This document shows, piece after piece, positions 23,291-35,190 of a stretch of DNA of 64,000 bases; within the stretch, counting starts at the first letter, position 1, and each line of letters starts with the position of its first letter. Location of the stretch: NCBI RefSeq assembly GCF_009834535.1, contig NC_045697.1:83082001-83146000 (forward strand), written 5' to 3'. The notes beneath the pieces were generated by a model that was given only the letters and a program-made list of their open reading frames with translations, made no database searches and was not told the DNA's origin. The position numbers and the translations under genes were made by a program. Source of the DNA: Camelus ferus. Taxonomy: Eukaryota.

Positions 23291-23959
23291 ATTTCTGTTT
23301 GCACTAATGAAGAAACTGAAGCCTAGAGACCAAGTATTCCATTAGTATTTACACAGATAACAAAGAATAAAGCTAGGATTTTAAGTTAGAAAACCTGGCT
23401 TCAGAGCACCATCATGCCATGTTACCATTCCATTAAAAGCATCATATCAATTTCACATAACCACAGCATGATATTCTTGGAAGAAAATGTCGCATTTTAA
23501 CAGTATAGGTAGACTCTTCAAGAAAGAAAGATTTTCCATGTAAACATCTACATTTAATTCATTTTTAGAATATCAGAGTCTCTTCTAATGTTTATATTTG
23601 AATGTCTTGGAATTATGCAACTCTAATATGAAAATTTTAATGTACCTATAACACACACAAGAAATACAAAAGATTTTTCGACAGGATCTGCAACATGGAG
23701 TAATTTTGGTTAGTAATAAATATTGACACAATGTCTCTACAGCAAACCACGTATTGAAGTTCTTTCTAAACAAGTACGATTGTTTATCTGATTTAAATAT
23801 TCAAAGCAGATATACTGACAGGAATAAATGAACAAAAAAATTATGCACAAATGTTCATGCATTTTTAGCGAGTTGTAAATAAAGAAGTGCCCTCTTGTAA
23901 ATAATCCTTATCCTTAATGCTTTCTGCTTGTTAAAGGTAGAGAAACGATTGGGGAATTA

Positions 23960-24599
23960 TAATTTAAAAAAAAAAACACAAAGAAACTTCTCTCAACCCA
24001 GAAAAAAATCTCCATAAAGGTGGTGGAGACTGAAAACAGCTGTATTATTGAATAAACATTAAACCAAAATGTGACGCATACCACAGGCTGTCTACTAATT
24101 AGTGGGAAAGACAGAGAAGCAGATACAACTCATTACATACATTAATCAAGATCTACAATGGTTAGTCCCCAAGAAAGATGACTTGACAGCACCTTTTGTC
24201 ACAAACATTTCATGTTAACTGTACCTGATAATTGGGGTGACCATGTGTTAGCTTACTGGCTTTATCCTGAGGAAAAACCAACTTCTATTTTCATGACAGG
24301 AGAATGTTTTGTAACTTGGAGCAAGGTGGCCACTGCAGTTAGACTCTGACCTTCCCACAGAAGCTGGGTTAGGGGACACTATCTTTCTTAATGACTACAT
24401 TTCAAAGAGATGGTGCCCAGGTTCTTGAGAAGAACATTCCTGGATCACAAAGCTGACAAAAGGCCTGCCAGGTTTTCAAGGAGAGAAGAAATGCTTACAA
24501 TTACATATTGTAAGGAAAAAGACAGGAAGTTGAATCTTTTCCCTTATTTTCAATAGAGAGCATTAAGCCTTTTATTTTTAATTTATATTTGTCTTTACA
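23960..24599 (-). mobile_element. ERV1-class solo LTR (MER67-like)
   Basis: Ends ttcccttattttcaatagagagcattaagcctt...tttatatttgtctttaca, the reverse complement of a MER67-type start. Also contains acatttcaaagagatgg...cttgagaag. Confidence 0.65.
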
Positions 24600-26596
24600 G
24601 AAGCAGCAGTTAGGGAACAGCAGCCTAGGCAGACCGTAGTTTCAGGAAACCCAACAACCATTCCCACTGCTCTTAACTTTCCCTCTAAGAGCAAGCTGTC
24701 CTGGTACTCAGTACTGTGCAGCATCTAAACGCCTAATGAAACATGCTGTTTACTCCTTTTAAAGTATTTGTCACTGAAGCCAAAATAACCCATTCTGTCT
24801 AGAAAAGAGTAAAGAAAAACAGACACTTGCTTATAATTTGCCAAGGAAAGTGGCAACTATGTAAGACTGCACCATGAACATGAATTATACTCAGGAAAAG
24901 AGTAAAGAAAAAATGAAGACATCATGAAAGTTTTGATATTTAAGACTGGCACAGTGTATCATTGTTTGACCTTGAGTGTTTTTGATTATTCTCTCTTAGA
25001 AATATTATCCTACCTCAAAATATTGCAATGGATTATTGCATTTTGGGACAAAACGATATATTTAATGTGGGAGTGACGTGTTTCAGCCTGCTTCCCCACT
25101 CGCGAAAGCCACTAATACTTAGTCAATTTAGAATTCATTATCTCAGGAGTCAGTGCTCCAATGACAATATTCTTAACCTACAGCAAGCGCCACAGATGGC
25201 TGAACACAAACCTTTCTTTTCTTTGTTTCTTTTAAACATAGTTACTCTTTTTCCTCTTTGTAGAAAAAAACAATTACATACATCATATCCTCTAGTTGTA
25301 TCTTTCTACAATAAAATGTACATAGATGCTGCAACAATAATGCTCCAGAGATAATGGAGAAAGACAATATTTTAAAAGATGACACTTTTAACACACTGTG
25401 CTTTTCTGTTAAAAGACATTCTGCAGAGCAAAGCTCAGAACCCCACGGAAATCAATTCCCAAATGTGTCTGGAAGCCCTCAAGGCTATGTCCCTGCTCTT
25501 TTGTCACTAATTGTATTGACAGCTGGTAGTTCCTACTTTGAGACAATTTCTCTTCTCACTGCATATTTATTGAAACATACCTTGTTGTAGTATTGACCTT
25601 ACACCATGAGGAAGCAGTGAATAATAGCTAACTCCCCTGGGTCCTGACAGATGGTTTTAGTATTCAGCTTTGCTGTCAGCACAGGACCTCATGGCATATG
25701 CAAGACAAAGGAACATTAGCCTCTGAAGGGAAATGAAATGTTATCTGAATTAAAGGGGCAATGTGGCAATTTACATACAATCTTTGTACTTAATCCTGAA
25801 TTCAAAGGTAAAGTACCTTCAGCTGCAAAATAATTTCCCAAATCTAAAGATGAAATACAATAGGCCAAATATGCATACTACTAATTTGTGTGCCAAAGCG
25901 AAACCCAGCATAGCCAAAAGATTCACAAAATTCTAAGTGTTGCCTTTATGAAGTAAAATATTATCAAAAAATCCATAGTATTTAATTTTAATATAAAATG
26001 TAAATGGCTAAACAAAATATTTATTGAATAAACAAAGTTTGTTATATTTAGGCAACATACCATTATTAATACAGCACATTGAAAACTCAGTGAACTCATT
26101 ACTTTATAATGGATCTTCAAAGTCAAGTGATTGGATATTGTAAAGATTTTTAAAAGAAAATTTTAAATGTAACTCAGAGAAGGACATATTTGAAACAAAT
26201 ATTTATCCATTTATTGATGTGGTATTCCAGGCACAAATTTGAATTACGTTTTTAAATTCAGAATACTGAATCTTCTATGACTCATCTTCCATTTCCATTC
26301 CTACTTTTTGATTTCTTATATCCCACTTGGACTCCTTCCTACCTTTGACCTTACCTTCCAGCCTCCCTTCTGTTCCTACTCCAATCCAGTTTTCATTTTC
26401 TCAGCAGTGCTGTCTTTCCCAAACACAGATCTGATTATGCTACTTACCTGCTTAAAATTACCCTGTAATACTCAATTTCCTAGAAAATGATGTTGAAATC
26501 TCTTAGCAAAAATTCAAGACCTTTCATAATATGGCTCCTATTTACTTTTTTCTATCCTCACAACGGATCTCCATCCCAAGCTTTACTGAACTGCCC

Positions 26597-27186
26597 TGTG
26601 GTAAACATCTCCTGTGAAGATCCACAACGATCCATGCCTTTGTGTTATTGCCTCTCGTCAAGTGTGACTCACTTTTCTTCAATATATTATGGCAAACATG
26701 ATGGGATGTCACAGCCTTAGATTGGGTTATATGGCAAAAGTGACGGGAAGTCACTCCTATCATTACATTACATTATGTAAGACCCCATCTTAACAGACCA
26801 GAGAGAGAAACAGACTTTCCCTTTGTGGCTCTGAAGAAGGGTGCCACCATGTTGTGGAAGCCTATGAAGAGGGCCACATGGCCAGGAACTATGGGAGCTG
26901 TGTCTTGGCCAACAACCAGCAAGAAAATGAGGACTTCAAACAACCACAGAAAATGAAGTATGCCCACCACCTGAATACGCATGGAAACGGATTCTTCCTC
27001 AGCCAGTCCTCCAGGTGAGAATGCGCTATGCTGCTGCCTTGATTCCAGCCTCGTGAGGTCATGAGCAGAGAATCCAGCCAAACCACGCCCAGACTCCTGA
27101 CTCACAGAAACTGTGAGATAAGAAACATGCACTGTTTTTAGCCACTAAATTTGTGGTAATTTATGGAGCAACAGAAGATGAATACA
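26597..27186 (+). mobile_element. MLT1E/F-like MaLR LTR (within an L2 fragment starting ~26340)
   Basis: gagggccacatggccaggaact...cagcaagaaaatgaggac...cctgactcacagaaactgtgagataag...taaatttgtggtaatt...aataca. Confidence 0.8.
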
Positions 27187-27379
27187 TGCCTTAGTCCCTT
27201 GGACAGACCACACATGTTCATACTTCCAGCCATGGCTCATGCTGCTTTTGAAAAAGCTAGAACTTTGAACATGTAGCTGGACTCATGCTATTCTTAAATT
27301 CCCATCATTTCTTTTATACCCTGCCATTTCTTCAACCATGTTTTCTTTGCCAATCTCCTCTCTCTCATTCCACATAGTC

Positions 27380-27780
27380 ATGAAGAGGCAATCTATCCTG
27401 AATGTCAGCACTTTCATGCCATGTGGAAAGTCAAATGACCCAAGCCAGGCCAACCAGACTTTTCTCTCAGACTTGAAATGAGCGTAGTAGGAGACAGCAC
27501 ACCATTCTTTATCCTGTACATACATACAGCGTATGTGTGGGCCTGCTAGTGGCCACTCTTCTGGATGTTAAGGAGGAAACTACACACAGATAGAAATCAA
27601 TCCATTGAGGAAATAAGAACTAAAAACATGTAGCAAGAAACCAAACTTTGCCTAATGTGTTTGAGCTCCTGGATTGAGCAGTTACTACAAGGAGTCTTAC
27701 CCGTGACAGGTATGTGAATTAATAATTCCATTTATGTTTGAGCTAATTTGCTTTGGATTTCTCCTGAAAAACGCAAAGAT
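27380..27780 (+). mobile_element. Old MaLR LTR (MLT1J/K-like)
   Basis: atgacccaagccaggccaaccaga...tgtttgagctcctggattgagcag...tgtgaattaataattccattt...tttggattt. Confidence 0.5.
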
Positions 27781-29434
27781 CAGTGTCTCCCTGATAGCAA
27801 ATGATAAGACCAGGATCTGAACTCAGTTCCGCCTAAATCCAAAGTTCATGTTTTTATAAGAGTTTCTTACTTTCTGCCTAAATAGAATGTAAACTCTTAA
27901 TAAGAATCCTGAATTAAATGCCCTTATATACATTATGCTATCAAAAGTGTCATAATTATAATAATAACAATAATGGTAATTTACTGTGTACCTATAATAG
28001 AAATGTTTATAATCATACTGTTTTATACATTATTTATCATACATACTTTTAGTTATATTATTATGGATTGACAAGAAATATATGTGAGCTGATAAGCAGG
28101 GGTGGAAGTCTATACTTCACAAGTTTATTCCTTAATAAAAAGTTAAACACAACTTTGGAGTTCCATGAAGTTTGCTTTATAGAGTCAAGGACACAGAGAA
28201 ACTCAAGAATCAGATGCTAACATGCACTTCTAGGAATGCATATTTGAAGTTTTCTTTAGATGCTCAGATAGAGAAGAAGAGAGTAGAGACTGACCCAGGA
28301 CAAAACAGTCATGGGAGACACAGAAACCACTTTCCCCTCTTCATTTTTCTCATGGGTATGTATTTTCACAACAGTAATATTTAGACACTACACTAAAGGG
28401 ATAATTCTCATATTGAAAGGGCTAATAATCATATTTAGGTATTTTAATTCCATTTTGCCTTTAAGAATACCACAGGGCCTGAAGAATAACATGAACCTTT
28501 CCTACACTACACAAGATGCTAATTCTCTTGACTGGATGGAGAGAGAAGGTACTCACCTCTCTATTTTTAATGTTCTGCTACCTTTTCAATATAAATATTT
28601 CTATAATAAATTGGAACATAAGTTATACACAATATAGCCAACCAAACAGCATCACTGTCATTTGAATAACAGATCCATCAAAAGGGATATATGCATTTTT
28701 CCCTGAGATGAAAGTCAATATGTTAATCCAAAAGGCTTTTAAAAATAATCTGCAGGATAAAGTTATTTAGCAAGCAAGATAATTTAAAATTAAAAGTCAA
28801 ACTGGAAGCAAGTTACATTCTTTGAAAAACATGTCATCCCAATAGCCGATGTGCTTTTCGAGCTGAAATATTTTTTCTTTTCTCTATTGATACTGAAATC
28901 ATAAAAATTACAATACATTTTTATTGTATATAATAGTTGAGTAACTTTTAAATAAACTACAATCTACATCTAACGATGAACTGCAGGCTACAGTTTACTG
29001 CTTCACATAAAGGTAAGTTTAACAGCAACAGGCCTATGGTCGGTTTAAGGGCTGCAATTAGCATGAAGACCCAAATTCAACCACTAGTTTTATTTCTGCT
29101 GTAGTCGTCTTTACTCAACACAGCATAACAATCTTCTGATAAATAACAGTGAATACAGATAAGAAGACTAAATATTTCAGTCCTGTTATACCTGTGTTAA
29201 CTGGTTTTATTTTTTGAGATCTCCCTAAAATAGCCAAAGTCTACATGTCCATTTCACTTTGTGCTGTAGAAATAGATCAAGAAAAAAATGAAAGATTTTA
29301 TATTAAAGTGATTGGAAAGATTTACCACCATGAGACTAAAATGAAGTTTATGAATACAGACAGATACATCATATAATGTCAAGGTTGAGGGGGACACAAA
29401 AGATCAGCAAGACCAAGTCTCTCATTTTGCAATT

Positions 29435-29790
29435 AGTTAAGTTAGAGATCATACTGCAGTAAGGTTGGCCCTTATTCTAATATAACTGATGTCTGTATAA
29501 GACAGCCAGGTAAAGATGGAAACATGCAGAGAGAACGTCATGTGACTGCAAAGGCAGAGATTGGAGCTATGCAGCTAATAGCCAAGGAACACCAAGGATT
29601 GTCAGGAAACCACTAGAAGCTAAGAAAAGACAAGAAAGGGTTCCCCTACAGGTTTCAGAAGGAGTGTGGCCCTGCTAACACCTTGATTTCTTACTTCTAG
29701 CCTCTAGCAGTGATAAACAATAATACCTTCTGCTTTTTTAAGCTACTAGGTTTGTGGTACTCTGGTAAAGCAGCCTTAGGAAACTAATAC
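29435..29790 (+). mobile_element. MLT1B/C MaLR LTR
   Basis: aaggcagagattggagctatgcagc...gccaaggaacaccaaggatt...ggccctgctaacaccttgattt...gtttgtggtac...gcagccttaggaaactaatac. Confidence 0.85.
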
Positions 29791-29989
29791 TCCAGGTCAA
29801 CCTACGTATCTGCTTTTTTCTTATGGTACATAGGACCACCCAAAAGGGTAGGGAAAATCGCACAACTGTGTGGACTGTTCTTATTTTAATTCATAGCCAC
29901 GAAGTTCAAAAGAAACACTTGCTAACAATCCTGTAATACTTCCCTAGAAAGTGCACTTTCCCACACATTATACGGATGTTTTCACTAAG

Positions 29990-31260
29990 TCTGCTCTTCT
30001 AAGTTCTCCAACATTCTCAACTCTCTCTCATCTGATGAACTCGTCTTCATACGTCACTGAGAAAAGGGAGGCAGTTTAAACAGACCCTCTCATTTTCTAC
30101 CACCAAATCTACAAATATGACTAAACCTGTACACATATTCCCTGTCTTCCTGTTCCAGAGCAGAAATCTCTCTACGGTTCTCAAAGCACCTCTTCCCCCT
30201 GTGCTCCTTATGCATCCCCTTCCACCTTATGATTTTCAGTACTTGGTTTACTGTGTGATTTTTTTTCTGTTCAATATTCCAGTGTTCTAATATCATTCTG
30301 TCAAGACACAAACAGACAATTCTAGTATTATTCTGTAAAAATCAAGACAAATCATGCCATTTGCCATGAATATCCTTCTAAATATTCCCCATTTCTCCTC
30401 TTCAGGAAAAAAAAAACTTCTAAAATAGGTACAAGTACATCTCCCTATCCTCATTTCCTTTTCACGTTTTAATCCAAATTACTCTGATTTCTGTCTTTTG
30501 TAGTCACTGTAATGTCCTTATTCAGGGCTTCCAAAGACATTCATATTGCCCAATTCATTGGTTTCTGTTTGTTGACATTATAGAATATTTCTTGGAAGTT
30601 TCATTAAGGTTGATTACTCCCTCCTTTTTTGAAGCATTTTCTTCTCTTGGACTTCTTGACTCTACATTTTATTGGTTTTCTCCCTATCCCTTGGCTATTT
30701 CCTCCTCATCTCCTTTGCTGAATATATTCCTCCACAGTTTCCTTCAGTGCTGGAATTTTCCGTTCTCAACATCAGGAGCATCTCACCTGGTCCTATGGCT
30801 CCATGCTGATGGCTTCCAAAATCATGTTCTAGCATTAGAATCTCCTCTAATTTCTAGACTTCTATATTTATGTACCCAACTGCTTCAAGTTTCCTCTTGA
30901 AATTTGATAGGTACCTCAAATATAGCCCATCCAAACTGAAATGATCGCCCAAACCTGTTTCTTCTTCATTCTTTCTAATTTTAGAAAATGCCCCCATAAA
31001 CCAGATGATCAGTCCAAAAGCCTAAAAGTTACACTTAATTACTCCATTTTTCTCTCCTCTCTCCACATTCCAATCCAAGTTTTGCTGGTTGTAACTTCAA
31101 AATACACTAAAAATACATGCACTTCTCATTATTTCCATTGCCACCAGTCTTCCCAGATTGTACCATCTTCAGCCTCGACTGCTGAAGTAGCCTCTCATGC
31201 AAACCTACTGCATCCCTCTTCACCCACAATTTGTTTTCCAAACAGGTGTCACAGACTAGT
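29990..31260 (+). mobile_element. L2 (long internal plus 3' fragment)
   Basis: Pyrimidine-rich L2 text: tgattactccctcctttttgaagcattttcttctcttgg...catgctgatggcttccaaa...ggtacctcaaa...ccaaactgaa. Confidence 0.75.
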
Positions 31261-31464
31261 CTGAATGCACATCTAGCCTGGAGACATTTAATTTTAATTA
31301 AGTTTGAGTGTCTTCAGAAAGAGAACGTGCCCTCCAATCTATCACAGCCCCTTCCTGTCTGCGTACATCAAGCCTATCACACCCGTTATGCCACCTGCCT
31401 ACCCTTACAGTCAGCTGAGCTTGGATTCTGATCCCATATCATCTTTAAAAAATGTAAATCAATT

Positions 31465-31804
31465 TAATTAACTAGACTGAGTGAAGCAGATTGCCGTCCC
31501 TAGTGTGGGTGAGCCTTATCTAATTTGTCGAAAGGCTCAAATATTATAAAAGTTTGAGTAAGAAAGAATTTATTTTCTCTGCTTGTCTTTGAGCTGGGAC
31601 ATTGGTCCTCTCCTGCCTTTGGACTCAGACTCAGATTGAAACTCTACCATCAGCTCTCCTACATTTAATCTCCTCAGGCTTTCCTAGGGCTAGGCTTCCC
31701 AGCCTTCATAATCACATGAGACAACTATTTACAGTAAATCTCTCCCATACTCATTTATCTCTTCACTCACTCCCGTATTCTCTCTCGTGCTCTCTCTCGT
31801 GTAT

Positions 31805-31836
<32 letters not shown>

Positions 31837-31880
31837 TTATCTCCTTTTGGTTTGATTTCTCTGAAGAATCCTGACATATA
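31465..31880 (+). mobile_element. MLT2B-like ERVL LTR with an internal (TG)n tract
   Basis: agactgagtgaagcagattgcc...gtgggtgagcctt...tttgagctgggacattggtc...ttggtttgatttctctgaagaatcctga. Confidence 0.8.
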
Positions 31881-31939
31881 TATACATACGTACACACATA
31901 TTAACATATCCTCAGATATGTTTTTGCTTGAGGGCAAAA

Positions 31940-32240
31940 AAGGAATTCACAGAAAGTTGAAGGTGTCCTATAACTTACCCTAAGGATTTAGGGTGCACAA
32001 TATGGTTACTATGTCTAGAGGGGTCAGTAAATATGGAGTGGCCAGAACAGGTGTAACAGCTGCTTTATATAAGCTGCCATTGTGTCCAGTGTCATCAGTC
32101 TTTCCCAGGAATGTGGGTGACAGTCACTGGGGGAAACTGGCCTCAGTCCCATTCTGCCTTTAGCCCAGTTTCCCCACAAGGCCATACCACATCACTGTGA
32201 TGATGGAAGACAGTACAATCATGGGAATAAGCAGTTTTAA
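31940..32240 (-). mobile_element. Possible ERVL internal (protease-region) remnant
   Basis: The minus strand reads LRPV/PVTV (frameshifted), like ERVL DLRP...VTVHW. Very decayed. Confidence 0.3.
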
Positions 32241-32469
32241 TTTCTGTACCATTACCTTCTTAAAGTAAGGGATATACACCCAAATTTTTGTCATTCTATT
32301 TGAAAATCATTGCTGAGGAGAAGGTTGATCTTCTGATGATTAATAGCCTATTAAAAACCTATAGATAAGTACAATAGAAACAACTGCTTCTAAAATTATG
32401 ACAAATAAGGAAAGATTATCCTCTCAAAACTGAGACAATTTTAATAAAAGTTAACCTACATTTAAAAAA

Positions 32470-32680
32470 ATACTGTTTGCCACAGGTGTATTCTAAGATC
32501 TTAATGTTGCATTATTTAATTAAATCCCCACAAAACCCCATGAGGAAAGTGATGCTACTATCACTTACAGAATAGGATACATGCTCTCTAAGGCTAAAGG
32601 ACTTGCTCAAGGTTATGAAGTCACTGTTGTGATTCACATTAACGTATGAAGGGCTCCAGTGCCCCCATTCCATGCTACTT
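32470..32680 (-). mobile_element. MIR
   Basis: atccccacaaaaccccatgagg...aggctaaaggacttgctcaaggtta. Confidence 0.6.
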
Positions 32681-34499
32681 AGCTAGTCACTAAAAGAAAT
32701 ATATTAAAAAAATAAACTTACCAATACTGATTTTTATTTTTATCAATTTTTATTTATTCATATGTAAGCTGACCCTATTAACCTCTTTTAAGAGCTAAAC
32801 TTAAGGCAGGGCTTCATATTAAAAATGTAATCTGACATCATAGAATTTTAAAATAATACCTGGAATTTTCCTTATCTAAACATATTAGATATGCATAGTT
32901 AAGAAACTTGCATATTTTTAAAAGCTTATATATTAACATAGCTTATCAGTAACAAGGAAATGACTTAGAAACCTAATAACTAAATGAATGAATTATCCAA
33001 GGCTATTTAAACTAAAGTCCAAGCAACTTTGTAATTTCATGCTCTAGCTCAAATGCATTCTGTTTTGCATAATGGATTATTTGGTAACCCCAGTCAATTA
33101 TCATGACTGCTAAGTAATACCATAAATATAAATAAGCATTAATAAAATGCATTTTGGTCATCTCAAAGTGGCTTGGGATGAATTTCATTAATTGGTTTTC
33201 TTTTAACCTATTTTTTCTTTTCAAATGTTATTGAACTCTAAAATTCTCTTCACATTTCTAAAAGAATTGAAATTATAAATGGATGGATATATTAGTCTTA
33301 TTTTGAGAAAGATTTATTAAACAGTAATAATCTAGAGCAAAGTCCTCATTTTGATTATTTAACAAAGTCAGACCCAGAGCCAATGTTTTAAAGGAATTAT
33401 GCTTTTAAAATACTGTAGATAAAAGATTGCATTTTAATGCTTATAACTGACTTATATAAATAATAGAAATCACAAAATATAGACTTCAAAATGTCACATC
33501 AAATAGCTAATGGAAAGCAATATACATTAGTATTGATTTAAGAGATAGTATCTAAATTATTTGGGTCTCCTATTGATTTCTTTTCAGAATATCAAATGTT
33601 CCTTATAACAAAATCAATATGGCACTTTACTAGACATTTGGCCAAAAGTGAGGCCGTTCTCCAGGCAGCACTTTAAGAAATATATCCATTTCATCCCCAT
33701 TTGGGCACCCCTATAAATCTGTTAATAGGATATTAATTTGAAGAGTACAATGGATAACATATATTTGCAAGTAAGTACAGGCCCTGCAGATATTTCATAC
33801 AAGTTGATGATGAAAAGAGTGTAACAGACAAATAAGAGAGAAGCATACCCATTATGGTAGATGTTAATTTTTATATTAAAAAATTATATTAACAAGATTG
33901 GTTTGAGAGGCTGTTATCTTTTAAAATATACTAATAAATAAACAAAAGCAAACAAAGCCCTAATATTTTAATGCAAGTTTCTGAAAGAATAACCAATTAC
34001 TGCCATTTCCATATACTTTATGAAATTTGCTAGTATAAATAGAGGATCTATGGTAAAAAATGGAGTCTATCTTTCTCACTTATATTGTGGATATCATTAT
34101 AACTGAATAAGATAAAACAAACTTTAAAAAACAAAACACTGATTAAGTGCTATACACTGAATAAGAAGAGTAAGAGGTGGGGTTTATAACTTCTGGTATC
34201 AACCTGAAAGGTACTCCAGGTTAAATAAAAGTAAATATTTTGCTAAAAAATAATTTCTAAACTAATTTTACTAATTTAAAAACTAATTTAAGCATTTTAA
34301 GACCTTATTATAGTCAATGGTATTGTCCATAGTTTTTATGTACACACACATATCTATAGCATATTGTTATCAATCATATAACCGATAACAAGGCTTGGTA
34401 TTGGTTTTCTTTGTACTAACATTATTTGTCACAGCAATATATAAGTAATAATAATAACAGTTTATTAGTGCATTAAAATCTAGCAAAAATTACTACCAA

Positions 34500-35190
34500 G
34501 AGGAGAGAACATGGACAGCCTACGACTGTTTACACAGAACCTATAGTTTGACTCCACAGTTGGATTTTACAATGGAAGGCTGTGGGGATTACAAAAGCTC
34601 ACAGGATCCACATAGTGAGAGATTTACTCTTCAGAGGGCATATTTTACAGAAAGACTGGTAGGAGCCCAGGATAGAGATAAGTCCTCAAAACTTGCTTGA
34701 GGGCCTAGACTTGAGCAAGAAAGCTCAGGTTCCTCTCTATGCTATGGAGCCAATCAACAAAGGTGAGATGGGGCAAAGGTAAGAAGGTGTGTTGGGCTGG
34801 GTCACGCCCCAGCTGTATTTCTTAGGGATCTTTTGTCTGGCAGAAAAAGACGAGTTGACAAAAGGAAAAATGTGTTTCCAAAAATGCCACTATAGCTATG
34901 GAAATCTTCACAATCCATCAGACTGAAGGCAGATTGGTCCTCAGATATGAAATGAGACATACAGTCGGACAGTAATGCATTCAATTTGAGTGGGCTGGAG
35001 AGATTCAGAGCCAAGAGTGAGTCAGGCCAACACAAGGACCATAGTTTGGCCCTTCTCAAATTTCGATCCCACAGTGTTACCTATTTCCCCATGTAACTGT
35101 AAACTTTTTGAGGATTTTTTCTTCCTTTATTCTTACAACCAAGGATGTAAACTGTCTGAAGTAAGTATTACTTTATATTACGTGTAGACT
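34500..35190. mobile_element. Possible ancient LTR remnant
   Basis: GC-richer island with LTR-like composition inside very AT-rich DNA. Family not recognised. Confidence 0.3.

Noticed and set aside
27539..27555. CTCF-like gggcctgctagtggcca
   Set aside because: It has two mismatches in the high-information core and lies inside an old LTR, too weak to call.
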